Shown here one piece after another: positions 24,379-36,856 of a stretch of DNA of 64,000 bases. The stretch covers positions 1,574,997 to 1,638,996 of the forward strand of contig BFEA01000034.1 of the NCBI GenBank assembly GCA_003427395.1. The letters run 5' to 3'. The translations under genes were made by a program, and so were the position numbers. The notes below the pieces were generated by a model. It was not told the origin of the DNA. It made no database searches and saw nothing but the letters and a program-made list of their open reading frames with translations. Within the stretch, counting starts at the first letter, position 1; each line of letters opens with the position of its first letter. The DNA comes from Chara braunii. Taxonomy: Eukaryota > Plantae > Charophyceae.

Positions 24379-25710
24379 AAATGCACTTCGGGATTTCGGT
24401 ATTTAATACATCATATTCCGTAGTGCTTTTGGTGTTTCAGTACCGAAAACGCACTTCGGGATTTCGGTGTTTAACTTAGTCGATTTTCTTTATCAACTAC
24501 ATCATATCCCGAAGTGCTTTCGATGTTTTGGTGCCGAAAACGCACTTCGGGATTTCGGTGTTTAACTTAGTCGATTTTCTATTATCTACTATATCATGTC
24601 CCGAAGTGCTTTCGGTGTTTCGGTACCGAAAAGGCAATTCAGGATTTCGATGTTTAATACATCATAGCCCAAAGTGGTTTAAGTGTTTCGGTACCGAGAA
24701 CGCACTTCAAAATTTCGGTGTTTAACTTAGTCAATTTTTCATTATCTACTACATCATGTCCTGAAGTGCTTTCAGTGTTTCGGTACCGAAAACGCACTTC
24801 GGGATTTCGGTGTTTAATACATCATATCCCATAGTGCTTTCGGTGTTTTGGTACCGAAAACGCACTTCAGGATTTCGGTGTTTAACTTAGTCGATTTTCT
24901 TTATCAACTACATCATGTCCCGAAGTGTTTTCGGTGTTTCGGCACTGAAAACACACTTCTGGATTTCGGTGTTTAATACATCATATCCCGTAGTGCTTTC
25001 GATGTTTCAGTACCGAAAACGCACCTCGGGATTTCGATGTTTAACTTAGTCGATTTTCTTTATCAACTACATTATGTCCCGAAGTGCTTTCGGTGTTTCG
25101 GTACCGAAAACGCACTTCGGAATTTCGGTGTTTAATACACCATATCCCGTAGTGCTTTCGGTGTTTCGGTACCGAAAACACACTTCCGGATTTCGGTGCT
25201 TAACTTACTCGATTTTTTTTATCAACTACATAATATCCCGAAGTGCTTTCGGTGTTTCGGTACCGAAAACACACTTCGGGATTTCGGTGTTTAGTACATC
25301 ATATCCCAAAGTGGTTTCAGTGTTTCGGTACCGAGAACGCACTTTGGGATTTCGGTGTTTAACTTAGTCGATTTTCTTTATTAACTACATCATATCCCGA
25401 AGTGTTTTTGGTGTTTTGGTACCGAAAACACACTTCGGGATTTCGTTGTTTAACTTAGTTGATTTTCTATTATCTACTACATCATTTCCTGAAGTGCTTT
25501 CGGTGTTTCGGTACCGAAAACGCACTTCAGGATTTCGGTGTTTAATACATCAGATCCCGTAGTGCTTTCGGTGTTTCGGTACCGAAAACGCAATTCGGGA
25601 TTTCGGTGTTTAACTTAATCTATTTTCTTTATCAACTACATCATATCCCGAAGTGGTTTTGGTGTTTCGGTACCGAAAACGCACTTCGGGATTTCGGTGT
25701 TTAACTTTGT
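24379..25710 (+). repeat. Palindromic satellite array (units of ~68 and ~91 bp)
   Basis: Core CCCGAAGTGCTTTCGGTGTTTCGGTACCGAAAACGCACTTCGGGATTTCGGTGTTTAA repeated with two alternating spacer types. Confidence 0.92.
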
Positions 25711-25731
25711 CGATATATATACAGGGACCAA

Positions 25732-26458
25732 CAGGGTCACTAGCCCGTACGTATGGAGGGCCCCGGGGCAACCTCCGTACGAACAGGCGTTCGGGGTCTC
25801 GTTTGGGGTTCGAACCTGGAGGGGTTCGGCCCCCGCTATAAATTATTTCGATGCCTAAGGATTTTTATTTTTTTTTTTCAGAGTTTTTTCTTATGAGTTC
25901 TCTATGATGTGAGGTACATGCCTATAAATTTTCAAGTCATTTTGCTAAGCTAAAAAAAAACGAAAAAAATTCAAAGACGGCATTGTCAAAACGTGCTCGC
26001 CCACTTTTTTTTTTCCTTTTTACTTTTTTTTTCAGTTTATTTCGCCACCTAAAAAATTATACTATTTTTCTAAACTTTTTTCATGAGTTTTGTATTATGT
26101 GAATTACACATATTTAAATTTTCAGGGCATTTCTCTATGCACCAAAAAAATAGAAAATCGCCAAAGATGGCGGTGTTGAAAACATACTCTCTCACTCACT
26201 AATTTTAATTATCTTTTTATTTTTTTTATTTTTATTATTCGTATTTCCGTTGTTTATTTTTATTTCAAATCTGGCAACAAATTTGGATGTAATGCTCAGA
26301 CAAATATTTTTTATTTTATTTTTCTTCATAACATAATTTTTTGCAGATTTGTTTTCTGTTTTTTTATTTTGGTCCACGTTCGGTCCGAACGGCCTAACGC
26401 ATCCCAAGGGGTCCTCTACGTTCGGGCGTTCGGCCCGTCCCGAACGCCGGTTACCCTA
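25732..26458. mobile_element. Probable non-autonomous hAT-like MITE
   Basis: Imperfect TIRs CAGGGTCACTAGC / GCCGGTTACCCTA, GC-rich subterminal CGAAC/GTTCG motifs, AT-rich core. No clean TSD seen. Confidence 0.45.
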
Positions 26459-26559
26459 TATATATATATCTATCTATATACCGACGAAACAGTTTGTCAC
26501 AACCCCTCGTTTGTTGCCCTCTTCTCCCTCTCTGCCTACGGTTTACCGGGCAGTTCTAT

Positions 26560-26995
26560 NNNNNNNNNNNNNNNNNNNNNNNNNNNNNNNNNNNNNNNNN
26601 NNNNNNNNNNNNNNNNNNNNNNNNNNNNNNNNNNNNNNNNNNNNNNNNNNNNNNNNNNNNNNNNNNNNNNNNNNNNNNNNNNNNNNNNNNNNNNNNNNNN
26701 NNNNNNNNNNNNNNNNNNNNNNNNNNNNNNNNNNNNNNNNNNNNNNNNNNNNNNNNNNNNNNNNNNNNNNNNNNNNNNNNNNNNNNNNNNNNNNNNNNNN
26801 NNNNNNNNNNNNNNNNNNNNNNNNNNNNNNNNNNNNNNNNNNNNNNNNNNNNNNNNNNNNNNNNNNNNNNNNNNNNNNNNNNNNNNNNNNNNNNNNNNNN
26901 NNNNNNNNNNNNNNNNNNNNNNNNNNNNNNNNNNNNNNNNNNNNNNNNNNNNNNNNNNNNNNNNNNNNNNNNNNNNNNNNNNNNNNNNNNNNNNN
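26560..26995. other. Assembly gap (N run)
   Basis: Run of N. Confidence 1.
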
Positions 26996-27539
26996 GTGTG
27001 AGAGAGAGAGAGAGAGAAGGCCTTCAAAGAGGACATCGTTGTCTTCCTCCACCGCACTGCCATCTTCCACCTCCTCCGCACCATCGTCCTCCTCCTCCGC
27101 CGCGGTCTTCTGATTGTCCTCCTCCGCTTCCACATCAACTGTTTTTTTTTTCACTGAAGGAAGATGATAATGAGGAGAAGGAGGAAGTCGACGATGGGTA
27201 GGAGAAGGAGGAGGAAGAGGACAACGGGGAGGAAGAGGAGGAAGACGGCTTGACAAAGGGGGAAAGGAGGAGAAAGACGGCTCAACGAAGAGTAAGAAGA
27301 CGACGCTGTGGAGGACAAAATAATTTTTCTGTTTTTTAACTTTTATTATTCATACCTTTGCAGAAAGAGAGAGAGAGAAAAAAAAAAATAATAATAAAAA
27401 ATTGCAGAAGCAAGAGACAAAGCATCCTTGAGCAACGTTAAAAGTGGAACTACAAAACAAAATACACAGTAAAGGAGTTAACATTCACAAAAAAAAATAT
27501 TGACATAGAAATCATGATTTCTGACCCGGCTTCAGGAAA

Positions 27540-27623
27540 TCAACAAAAATGTAATAGTTTTGTGATCATGTGACCACCTATACTACAATTGTACTTAGTG
27601 ATTATGAAGTTACGAACAACCGC

Positions 27624-27694
<71 letters not shown>

Positions 27695-27858
27695 TATGTC
27701 TCTCTTTTTCTCTCTCTCTATGTCTCTCTCTCTGTCTCTCTCTCTTTCGTTCTCTCTCTATATATATATATATATGTACAACAAAAATGTAATAGTTTTG
27801 TGATCATGTAAGCACCTATATTACACTTGAACTTAGTGACTATGAAGTTACGAACAAC

Positions 27859-27920
<62 letters not shown>
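27540..27920 (+). repeat. Tandem duplication of an ~80-bp unit, each copy followed by a (CT)n microsatellite
   Basis: CAAAAATGTAATAGTTTTGTGATCATGT...TATGAAGTTACGAACAAC at ~27544 and ~27782, each followed by (CT)n. Confidence 0.8.
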
Positions 27921-29206
27921 CCCTCCCTTGAGATTGTACTTGATTTCCTATGTAAGTTCAATGAAAATAAAAAATAAAAAAGTCACAGAAGTTGTAGTAT
28001 TACATCTCAGGTAGTCAACAACAGTCGTGCACTGCAAATCGTCCATGAGCCCAGATATTCTCAATAATTCTCTATTAACAGCGAATTAGTGAAACCTGCC
28101 AAACATACAGATAACAAGAGCAAGCAAAAACAAGAAATGCATAGTTCTCTTCCCTTACACACAACTCCTCTTTCACTTCAAGTTTTTGGTTTTTCATTGC
28201 AACATTATGTGACGTTATCCTATGTTACCACTTCCGTTTTCCCGTAGTTGTAGGCGTGTATGTGTACTTGCTGCCTCCTGGGCTTTCTGCTCGTGCATCT
28301 GCCTTCTGGGCTCTCTACTTGTGCATCTGCCTTCTCGGCTCTCTGCCCATACATCTGCCTTCTAGGCTTCCTGCCTATTCATCTCCCCTCGACATGGGGA
28401 GATAGAACACCCTGTCACGCAGACACGACGAAAAAAACAAGTAGAAAAAAAAAAATAATAATAAAATTGCGGTTGTGGTACACATTTAGTTTGAAATAAG
28501 CAACGAAATGTGGAAGTTGAGCGAGGGTTTAAGACTGCCTGAGTCATTACCCGCAGTGAACCTTGGCAGATCTAGGGTAGATTTTTTTGCTCAATTTCGA
28601 AAACTGCTAAAGTTGCCTATTTTGAACGTTGGGTGTGATTCCAACGCACTTCCCCTCCCTCCCACCAAAAAAAAAAACAAAAACGAGAAAGAAAACGAAA
28701 AACATATGCTTAGTTTTTTAGGCTCGGTCAAATTCAAATTTAGCCTCGTACATTGAGCCTCTGGTGTACAAATGGTTTAAAACAAAAGAATCACCAATTT
28801 GAGTTGTATGATGAATAACTTTTTAGGACACCGTGCGGGGAAATAAAAATTGGAAAGTGTAAATCTTACCATCTGAAAAAATGTTGAATCAACAACTCGG
28901 GACAATGACTTTCTGTGCTACAAAACCTGCCCATGAGAAGTAGAGAGATGAGGAAAAATGAATAGTCAGAAATCAAAACAAGATGAATAGCAAAACGAAG
29001 TAATCAACGATAACATAAAGCTTATCTGAAACAATAGACTTGAAGGGTGTGTGGGGCATAAAATATGAATCATTTGACCCTTGTCTATGAAAGAAAGAAA
29101 TACACAACAGACGGACAAGGACTGAGTGAATAACAGATTGTGAGAAAGAAAATCAATAGCAGCCGAGAGTTTCCAGTGTTGACCCATTGAGAAAGTGTAA
29201 TACTCT

Positions 29207-29453
29207 NNNNNNNNNNNNNNNNNNNNNNNNNNNNNNNNNNNNNNNNNNNNNNNNNNNNNNNNNNNNNNNNNNNNNNNNNNNNNNNNNNNNNNNNNNNNNN
29301 NNNNNNNNNNNNNNNNNNNNNNNNNNNNNNNNNNNNNNNNNNNNNNNNNNNNNNNNNNNNNNNNNNNNNNNNNNNNNNNNNNNNNNNNNNNNNNNNNNNN
29401 NNNNNNNNNNNNNNNNNNNNNNNNNNNNNNNNNNNNNNNNNNNNNNNNNNNNN
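29207..29453. other. Assembly gap (N run)
   Basis: Run of N next to (CT)n. Confidence 1.
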
Positions 29454-29546
<93 letters not shown>

Positions 29547-31159
29547 GTGTTGCGGAAGCAGAATAAGGAGAAGAAGAGTGGTGGATATGGAGGGCGGAGA
29601 TAGGAAGAAGAAGAAGCAGCAATCCCTCCCCTGTCTCACCTACACGAATGTTGATGCCACAACTGACAAGCCGACGTGTGGTCTCTATGTTGCAAGTCGC
29701 TGGAGGGTGAACCAGCTATGGCGCCCTGGTAAGTCCGCTGAACCTCGTGGCTATCGCCGCCGCTCTCCACTCCCCTCCCCTCTCACTTCTATTGTCTACC
29801 TCTACTCCACTATAGCGCTCAAGGTCCTGACACTGCTCCAGCAGTGTGACGTCCAAAAATTGACAATTACTAAGTACCTCGGTCCGGAAGGCGGGCCCAG
29901 CTGTATACTGATGGGCCTGGTTGGGCAGCACTCGACCTTTGATCAGGACTGTCGGATCTAGTATCTGATCGACAACCCTGCTCGAAGGCCCAAGTCCCAG
30001 ACCATTGGCTTGGCCTCAAAACGTCATGCCTAAGTCCCTACCAAACGTCCAGGTGATCCTGCTTATGCAGCAGGAGCTGCTCCTCTACGGACGAACACGA
30101 ATCTGGGAGAAGCGGTTAACCGGCTCCTAATTTCTCAAGTTTTTTTCAGGGTCATTATAACAAATGCCTTACACCTTTTAAGCCAGACTTGTCATCAGTC
30201 CATGGAGTGGACACCAAGTAAACCACAAAAAAATAAAATAAAAAAATTCAAAAGGGCCTTAAACCTGAAGACAAAAGTGTATTTTCATGCAAAATTCGCC
30301 CTTTTTAGTTTTCAGGATTTTTCAAGATTTTCAGGGCTGGCCAAAACAGTTATCTCCAAGACCCCAACGAACACCAAACTTGGCATAGGCGGACCTTGAC
30401 CAAAAATAAAACAGGGGAAAAAAAAATTGAAAAAAACACTACCGTGGTCCTCAGGTCCGAACACACACAAGTCTGTTCGGACTCTGGGAAAAGTTCAAAA
30501 TGACACTACTGGAACAGACAAAAATAGACCAAAACAGTCATCTCCACGACCCCAACAAACACCAAACTTAGCATAGGTGACGATTGAGTGCAGGCGGCAT
30601 CCTGAGTCCCTCGTTGTGAACGACGGTCATAGCCAGACTTCCAGAGCTCGCCATAGTTGGGGCGTCCTCTGAGCACTCACCCTTGAGAGTGCCATTGATT
30701 ATCTGGGCTATCAAGAGGCTTTACATAACTGTTTGTGGGTGGACCACTGCTGCTGCTACTTTGTCAAAGATATCTGCGTAGAGGAGACAATGGCGTTGCA
30801 GCCATAGCTGTAGCCTTCTTTGTCAGAGATTTTTCATCGGCACTGAGGACTCCACCGCTAGTCTTGTTCTTCATCGTAGTGGTTGGCACTGGCCTCAGAG
30901 AGGCGGATTCTGTATAGTGCTACTAACTGGGTGGTAGACTGAGAGTGGCATGTGATGTTCAGTGGTGGGGAACCCCCTTCTCATCCTGCTGCTATTCACC
31001 TCTGACTGTTTGCCTAGCAGAAGTTGATCCCATGACTTTCGACGTCTTTTTGTGGCAGAAGGTGGATCGAACAGTTTCAAGATCTGTTTGAAATTTTTCG
31101 TGTGTTTGTCAATCTCCGAGAGGGGGGGGGGGGGNGAAGATCGTGGGGTAGGATAATCC

Positions 31160-31259
31160 GTGTGGGAACACTGTGTTCTCGTCCGGTGGCAGAGCCCCAC
31201 ATCTACCTGTGTGGGAACACTGTGTTCTCATCCGGTGGCAGAGCCCCGCATCTACCTGT
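31160..31259 (+). repeat. 49-bp tandem duplication
   Basis: GTGTGGGAACACTGTGTTCTCRTCCGGTGGCAGAGCCCCRCATCTACCT twice. Confidence 0.85.
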
Positions 31260-32187
31260 TATGCCTAGGGATGTCAATTGACGTCCCTGCAGTCCCAACA
31301 AGGTTGTGGACCTGAAAGCATGAAGCTGGACGTGAGTGCGGCCTCGAGTGTGTTTGATCTATTCCCTAGAAGCTAAGCTCCTTTCAGGCAAACGAGTCTG
31401 GCGCTATGTTCTATATCAATCTGCACAATAATACAATTCTCCTTGGGCGCATGTCTATGGTACTGACCAAGTATTTTGGAGTTTTGGTCATGCGATCGGT
31501 GATCTTGGCAGCTGTGTTGCCATGTTGGTTTGATATGGTGGTGCAACTTGAACTCTATTTTTTTTTTTACGGATCGCGATTGATGTGTTGGATGCATTGC
31601 ATCGCAGGGCAGCAATTGCATTTTTGAGTTTCTACATCCTCCAACTCTCTCTTCGTGTGGTATTGTTGCTCAGGGTCTATGGATGTCACAAGATGTGTCA
31701 GAAACCAGATGTGTCAGATATGGCGCAGTGCATGGGTTTATTGGGTTGTTTTTCTTTTTCTTTTTTTTTGCACCGCGCACCTGGCTCACTCTTGCGGCTT
31801 CTTGTTTCCTTTTCCGTTTTTTCTTTTCCTGTTTGTTTTTTTTCCTGTTTTTTAATTTTTTTTACAAATGTGTCAACATATTGTTGAGGAGCTTCACCAG
31901 CTGGAAATCATATCCAACTACCCTCCTTTCAAGCATTTCTCGTTTTCTTGTGATGGTGTGGTTTTTGTTTTTTCTCAACAAAAATTGGATCATTGGGTAT
32001 CTGTACAGTGTTTCAAGCGGGGTACACTCTGACTGATAGAGCATTTTGAATGTATTGACACCATTAGCAGCTCCAGATACATGTAGAACATACTTGCGGT
32101 GCAATTCTGCGGTGCGCCGTGCAGTGTTCGTGTACCATGCGTCATGCACAAATTAGCATTGCGCACTATTTATTTTGTTTTAAGGCG

Positions 32188-32225
<38 letters not shown>

Positions 32226-32576
32226 AAAAGAGAGAGAGAGAGAGAGAAAGAAAGAGAGAGCAAAGGACCCCTTTCACACATATCGGAGGGCGCCTGCAGG
32301 TAATCTGGGGGGTCCTCACAACAAATTAGCATGAAACCCTCAGCCAAGCCTAGGCAAGCATTGAGTATGCAATGAAGCAGGAGCTGACCAAATCTGTAGT
32401 CTAGATTTGAATTCAGGTATGTGTTTTAGCAGTTATAGGTCGCTCACTAACCTAGGCCTTGTTGGTCGCTGCATGTGATTCTCAGGGCTTGGCTGCACTA
32501 CTCACCACATGTGCAAAATTAGAATGAATCTTTTGCCAGAACATGGAACCATACACTGCCATACGTTTTATCTTTT

Positions 32577-32661
32577 NNNNNNNNNNNNNNNNNNNNNNNN
32601 NNNNNNNNNNNNNNNNNNNNNNNNNNNNNNNNNNNNNNNNNNNNNNNNNNNNNNNNNNNNN
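32577..32661. other. Assembly gap (N run)
   Basis: Run of N. Confidence 1.
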
Positions 32662-32692
<31 letters not shown>

Positions 32693-34410
32693 TAAAGAGG
32701 ACCTTATGGTCCTGGCTCCTTATCCATTTTGGGGAGCATCAGTCCGGTCCTATTCCACCGGCAAGTCAAAATAAAACATTGCAGCACAGAAAAAAGGAAC
32801 CCTAATACATGCTTCCTTCTGTCTGGCCGAAGGAACCCTAATCAACATTGATTACTCCAGAGCGGTGGAAGATTGTCTGTCAGCTTGCCCTGCTTCCCTC
32901 TTTTCTCTCAAGTCTGCTAAGAACCTGTCAGATATTACGTATAAAGCAAGAAATAACTTGGAAGATACTGAAGCAGATCTTTCCATCCCTTCCTTGAAAC
33001 CCTGTTCATATGTCTCGTGACCACTCTCTCCTCCCTTATCTCTGTTCAGATAAAAACTATCCAAACCCTAAACCCTAATCCCTCGTCTACAAAATTGTAA
33101 GAAAACCTCCGGACTGTCTTGGCCTGTTATCTCAAGTAGCCTGCAGTGGGTCCTGATGATTTGCTGCATGGAGGTTCTGCCTCCTCCTCCCTGTTTCAGA
33201 ATTATGCCAGTCTTTCCAACGTATACAGGAGTCGTTCAGCACAACCACCTTGCCCCCTGCCAGCCACTCTATAGTTAATTTCCCTTTAATTCTCCTCTGA
33301 TGTTCTTCGTCGTCTGGCATGGCTTGTCTCATTTTATACCATTTACAGAGAATCTTTGCTTAAATCAAGCTCCTTGTTTTCGCCCAAACTCTCTCCCTTG
33401 GAGATGCGAGACCTTCAGTCGTTCTGCAACACCTTTCCTTCCAGATGGACCACAACGTTACTTTTTTTATCATGCTAAACCAGATATTTTTCTTCTTTCG
33501 AAAGTGGGTTGGGATGTTAGTCCAAAGGAGTAGTTGGATAAGGTGTTGAGGGAGGGGAGTCGAAAAGAGGGAATCCCATAAGTTCGAGGCCCTAGCTCAA
33601 TATTTTGTCGCCTCTCTGCATTGTATTAAACATCGGAGCATGTCTTCTGTTTTTTCTTCGGAGAGTACCGAGAAAGTTTGAGTCTATTGGGATCGTTCCT
33701 TCTTCTTCTGATATGTAACCTTTGATTGACCGGTAGGGCAACATACGGAATGAGCCATTGGAGGCTTCTGATTTTGACCGGTCGGATTACTTGAATTGTT
33801 TTCATGGAATTTCAATGATCTGACCTGGTTCCTTCCCTAACAGGTTTTGCCATCTGCCTTTGATTACGGGGTTTGGATCCTTTGTTTTTAGTAGTAATTT
33901 ATATCCCAGCTTTACTGAGTATTCGTGGATGATAACTTTGGTCATGATACTTCTGTTTCTGTCAGGAGTCCATGCCCATTCCACGAGGTCAGAGTCCAGG
34001 TCCTGGATAGTCGTATCTGCGCTGAAAATCGTTTTTGGCCATGAACCCAACAATCTTACCTTCCTGTGGACGAGAGGGTCTAGGACATAACTTTCCACGT
34101 CCTTGTTCTGAATGAAAGGGAGGCCTTGCGCGGAAGCGGTTATTGGGAAGGAGAAGAAAAACGCTTCGGTATTCGGACTTTGCTGCTGATGGGAGACCTG
34201 GTAAGCTCTTGAAGAGGGAATTTCCTGTACCTTGATTCCCCAATCTCCGACCTTCCATGTTGAGGTCTTGCTTAATGGGCGATCACTCTCATCTCTCACC
34301 CACTGGTTCCCAAACAGGGGTTGTCTCAAAATTTCATCCTTGGATTTAGGTTTGACCACTCCATGTATTCTAAGCAAAGGAAAACGAAAAAACGTAGAAA
34401 CACGTGAAGA
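32662..34410 (-). mobile_element. 5'-truncated L1/Tx1-type LINE (ORF2 C-terminus, 3' UTR, poly(A))
   Basis: Poly-T at 32662-32689. The ORF 33802-34416 segment KPKSKDEILRQPLFGNQWVRD is homologous to PSTKMEVLRQPLFENPNIRK of the LINE at ~12360. Confidence 0.8.
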
Positions 34411-34812
34411 GAGCAAGAGGGTCCGACTGATTTAAAGACCGATAAGCGTTGATACACAAACCTGATTCGAATCCTGACTATATACCTCGGACCACTCATG
34501 CAGAACTGAAAGTTGAACGCCTTCCTCTGCTTTGTGATGAGTCCTTGCTCATTCGTTGTAGGGGCCCTTCTGAAAAGAGATTGAACACAATTAGGGCATG
34601 CTGACACAGGTTTTGGGTTTGACGTGGCCCCAACGTTTTTCCCTGTTAAGTTTGTTTTTAGAAGGGAGAGGCACGTTTGACCACCCCACTCAATCATTTC
34701 GGATTTTTTAACTTTTTTAAATCAAAGTAATATGCCGCATCATTTGCGCAGGTCGCACGCACATAACGCGTTGCAAGTATGATGTAGAATATTTGCGGTG
34801 GAGGGAGGCCCC

Positions 34813-34898
34813 ATTTGAACCTTTTCACAATTTAAGTGTATCATCCTTGCGCAGGGGGCGTGCTTATCCATGCAATTTTATTTCATGTCGTGAAGGAC
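34813..34898 (-). pseudogene. U6: Degenerate U6 snRNA pseudogene
   Basis: The + strand ATTTGAACCTTTTCACAATTTAAGTGTATCATCCTTGCGCAGGGGGCGTGCTTATCC...CAATTTTATTTCATGTC matches the reverse complement of plant U6. The ACAGAGA box region is deleted. Confidence 0.75.
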
Positions 34899-35225
34899 AT
34901 GGCTTAACGGACCACATCCTTGAGACGTATCATCATCCAGCTTTGCTAGGCTTGTGCCGTTTCTCTATTTTTGACCTTGTGCACCGCACACACACACCCC
35001 GCTCCACCAACCCTAACCAAACACACTCTCACACACACGCATACAAATAGGACAATACAAGCACACATATGCACGTGCCACAAACACATGTCGAAAGTCT
35101 TACAGAACAGTCTGACAAAGTCATTGATTTTTTTTTTTTAGTGCCTATAGCAAACATGGCGGCACACACAGAGGCTTGACTACAGGGCGCTGAGACGGCA
35201 TCGGATTGCTAGAGAAATATAGAGG

Positions 35226-35710
<485 letters not shown>

Positions 35711-35933
35711 GAGATGTAAGAAGAACAGATAAGATCCAGGAAAACATGGACACACCCGAATGAGATAAGAATGAGATACGAAACCACCACAAAGGAAGGA
35801 AGGATCTCGACCAGAGAGGAAGGACAAAAAGACGATGCAAAGACACCATAGGCGCACATCATATCCGCAAAAAAATGTCGTACGTCACAAAAAAGTTCCG
35901 AAAGATATCTAGATCAGCACAGTAACCACGCAT

Positions 35934-35983
35934 CACCCCGACCCATTTCGTCGTCAGCGTGAGGGTGAACTCCTCAGGGGGCT
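35934..35983 (-). ncRNA. Mutated copy of the hammerhead ribozyme
   Basis: The - strand reads GCCCC CTGAGGAG TTCACC...GACGAC GAAAT GGG TC GGGGT. Stems II and III carry substitutions. Confidence 0.65.
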
Positions 35984-36856
35984 TCCCTACACAAGTACTG
36001 TGGATAGTACTACTCCCTGCTCCTTAAATACGATCGTGCGTGAGTCGTGAAAACTCGTTTTCTCCTACTACCTAAGTATACGTGTGAGTTACGAACCTTT
36101 CTACCACGCTGCCAGCATCCTGCGTACCACATCCGTATTTGAACCGAGTAATTCCTAACTAAGGTAAGAAACCATCTAACTGCCTATACGAAAAGACAAT
36201 AATCAGAATAAACTAACAAAAGACATCCCTGATTAACTGGTTGCGAAGCAATAAAACCGGAGGTCTTCAGTCATTCCAAAATAGCAACATTCACAGATCA
36301 AAAACGTTTTCTTCCCTCAGTGGAGGTTTTTTCGCATGTGTCAGCCCGAGTTGCCTACTTTAATCGATCTAAAGTCTCCCCGTCGTCCTGAGTAGTCCGA
36401 ATACAACAGAAAAAATCAGCGCTTAACCAGTTTACTAAACCTCGACCAGATTCCTTTTTTCCTTTCCAAAAACCGTTCCTCTTGCTGTGTATCTACCTAA
36501 TAATGTACAAAAAGTGATCCCCAAAGACCCAAAGGGTAAGACAAAAACGATCTGAAGTCTCCCCGTCGTCCTTAGTATTCCGAATTCAAACAGAAAAAAC
36601 CAGCGCCTTACCAGTTCACTAAACCTCGACAAGATTCCTTTTCATTTCTTCCAAAAACCGTCCCTTGTGCTGTGTATCTACCTAATAATAAACAAAAAGT
36701 GATCCCAAAGGGTACGACAAAAACGATTCCTAGCGGAGAGGTGGTTACTAGTGTATATGTAGAGTCCAGAAAGTGCCTGCAAAAAATAAAATAAAATAAA
36801 TTAAAGTGACTTAAAAGTTTTTTCTCCTAACTATTTCAAAAACTATACGAGACTAT

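Noticed and set aside
24379-25710. CRISPR array
   Set aside because: Spacers are recurring types rather than unique sequences, the core is ~58 bp, there are no cas genes and the context is eukaryotic.
28040-28930. Minus-strand exon-like segments (~28870-28926 and ending ~28095)
   Set aside because: Splice-like borders exist, but the peptides are short and unrecognisable and upstream exons are lost in a gap. Not enough support.
26349-29639. Long ORFs spanning N runs and (CT)n tracts (also 35145-35862 and 58223-59315)
   Set aside because: Artefacts of gaps and microsatellites.
33062-33083. Telomere-like AAACCCT repeats
   Set aside because: Only 2-3 imperfect units within a LINE 3' region, too short to call an interstitial telomere.
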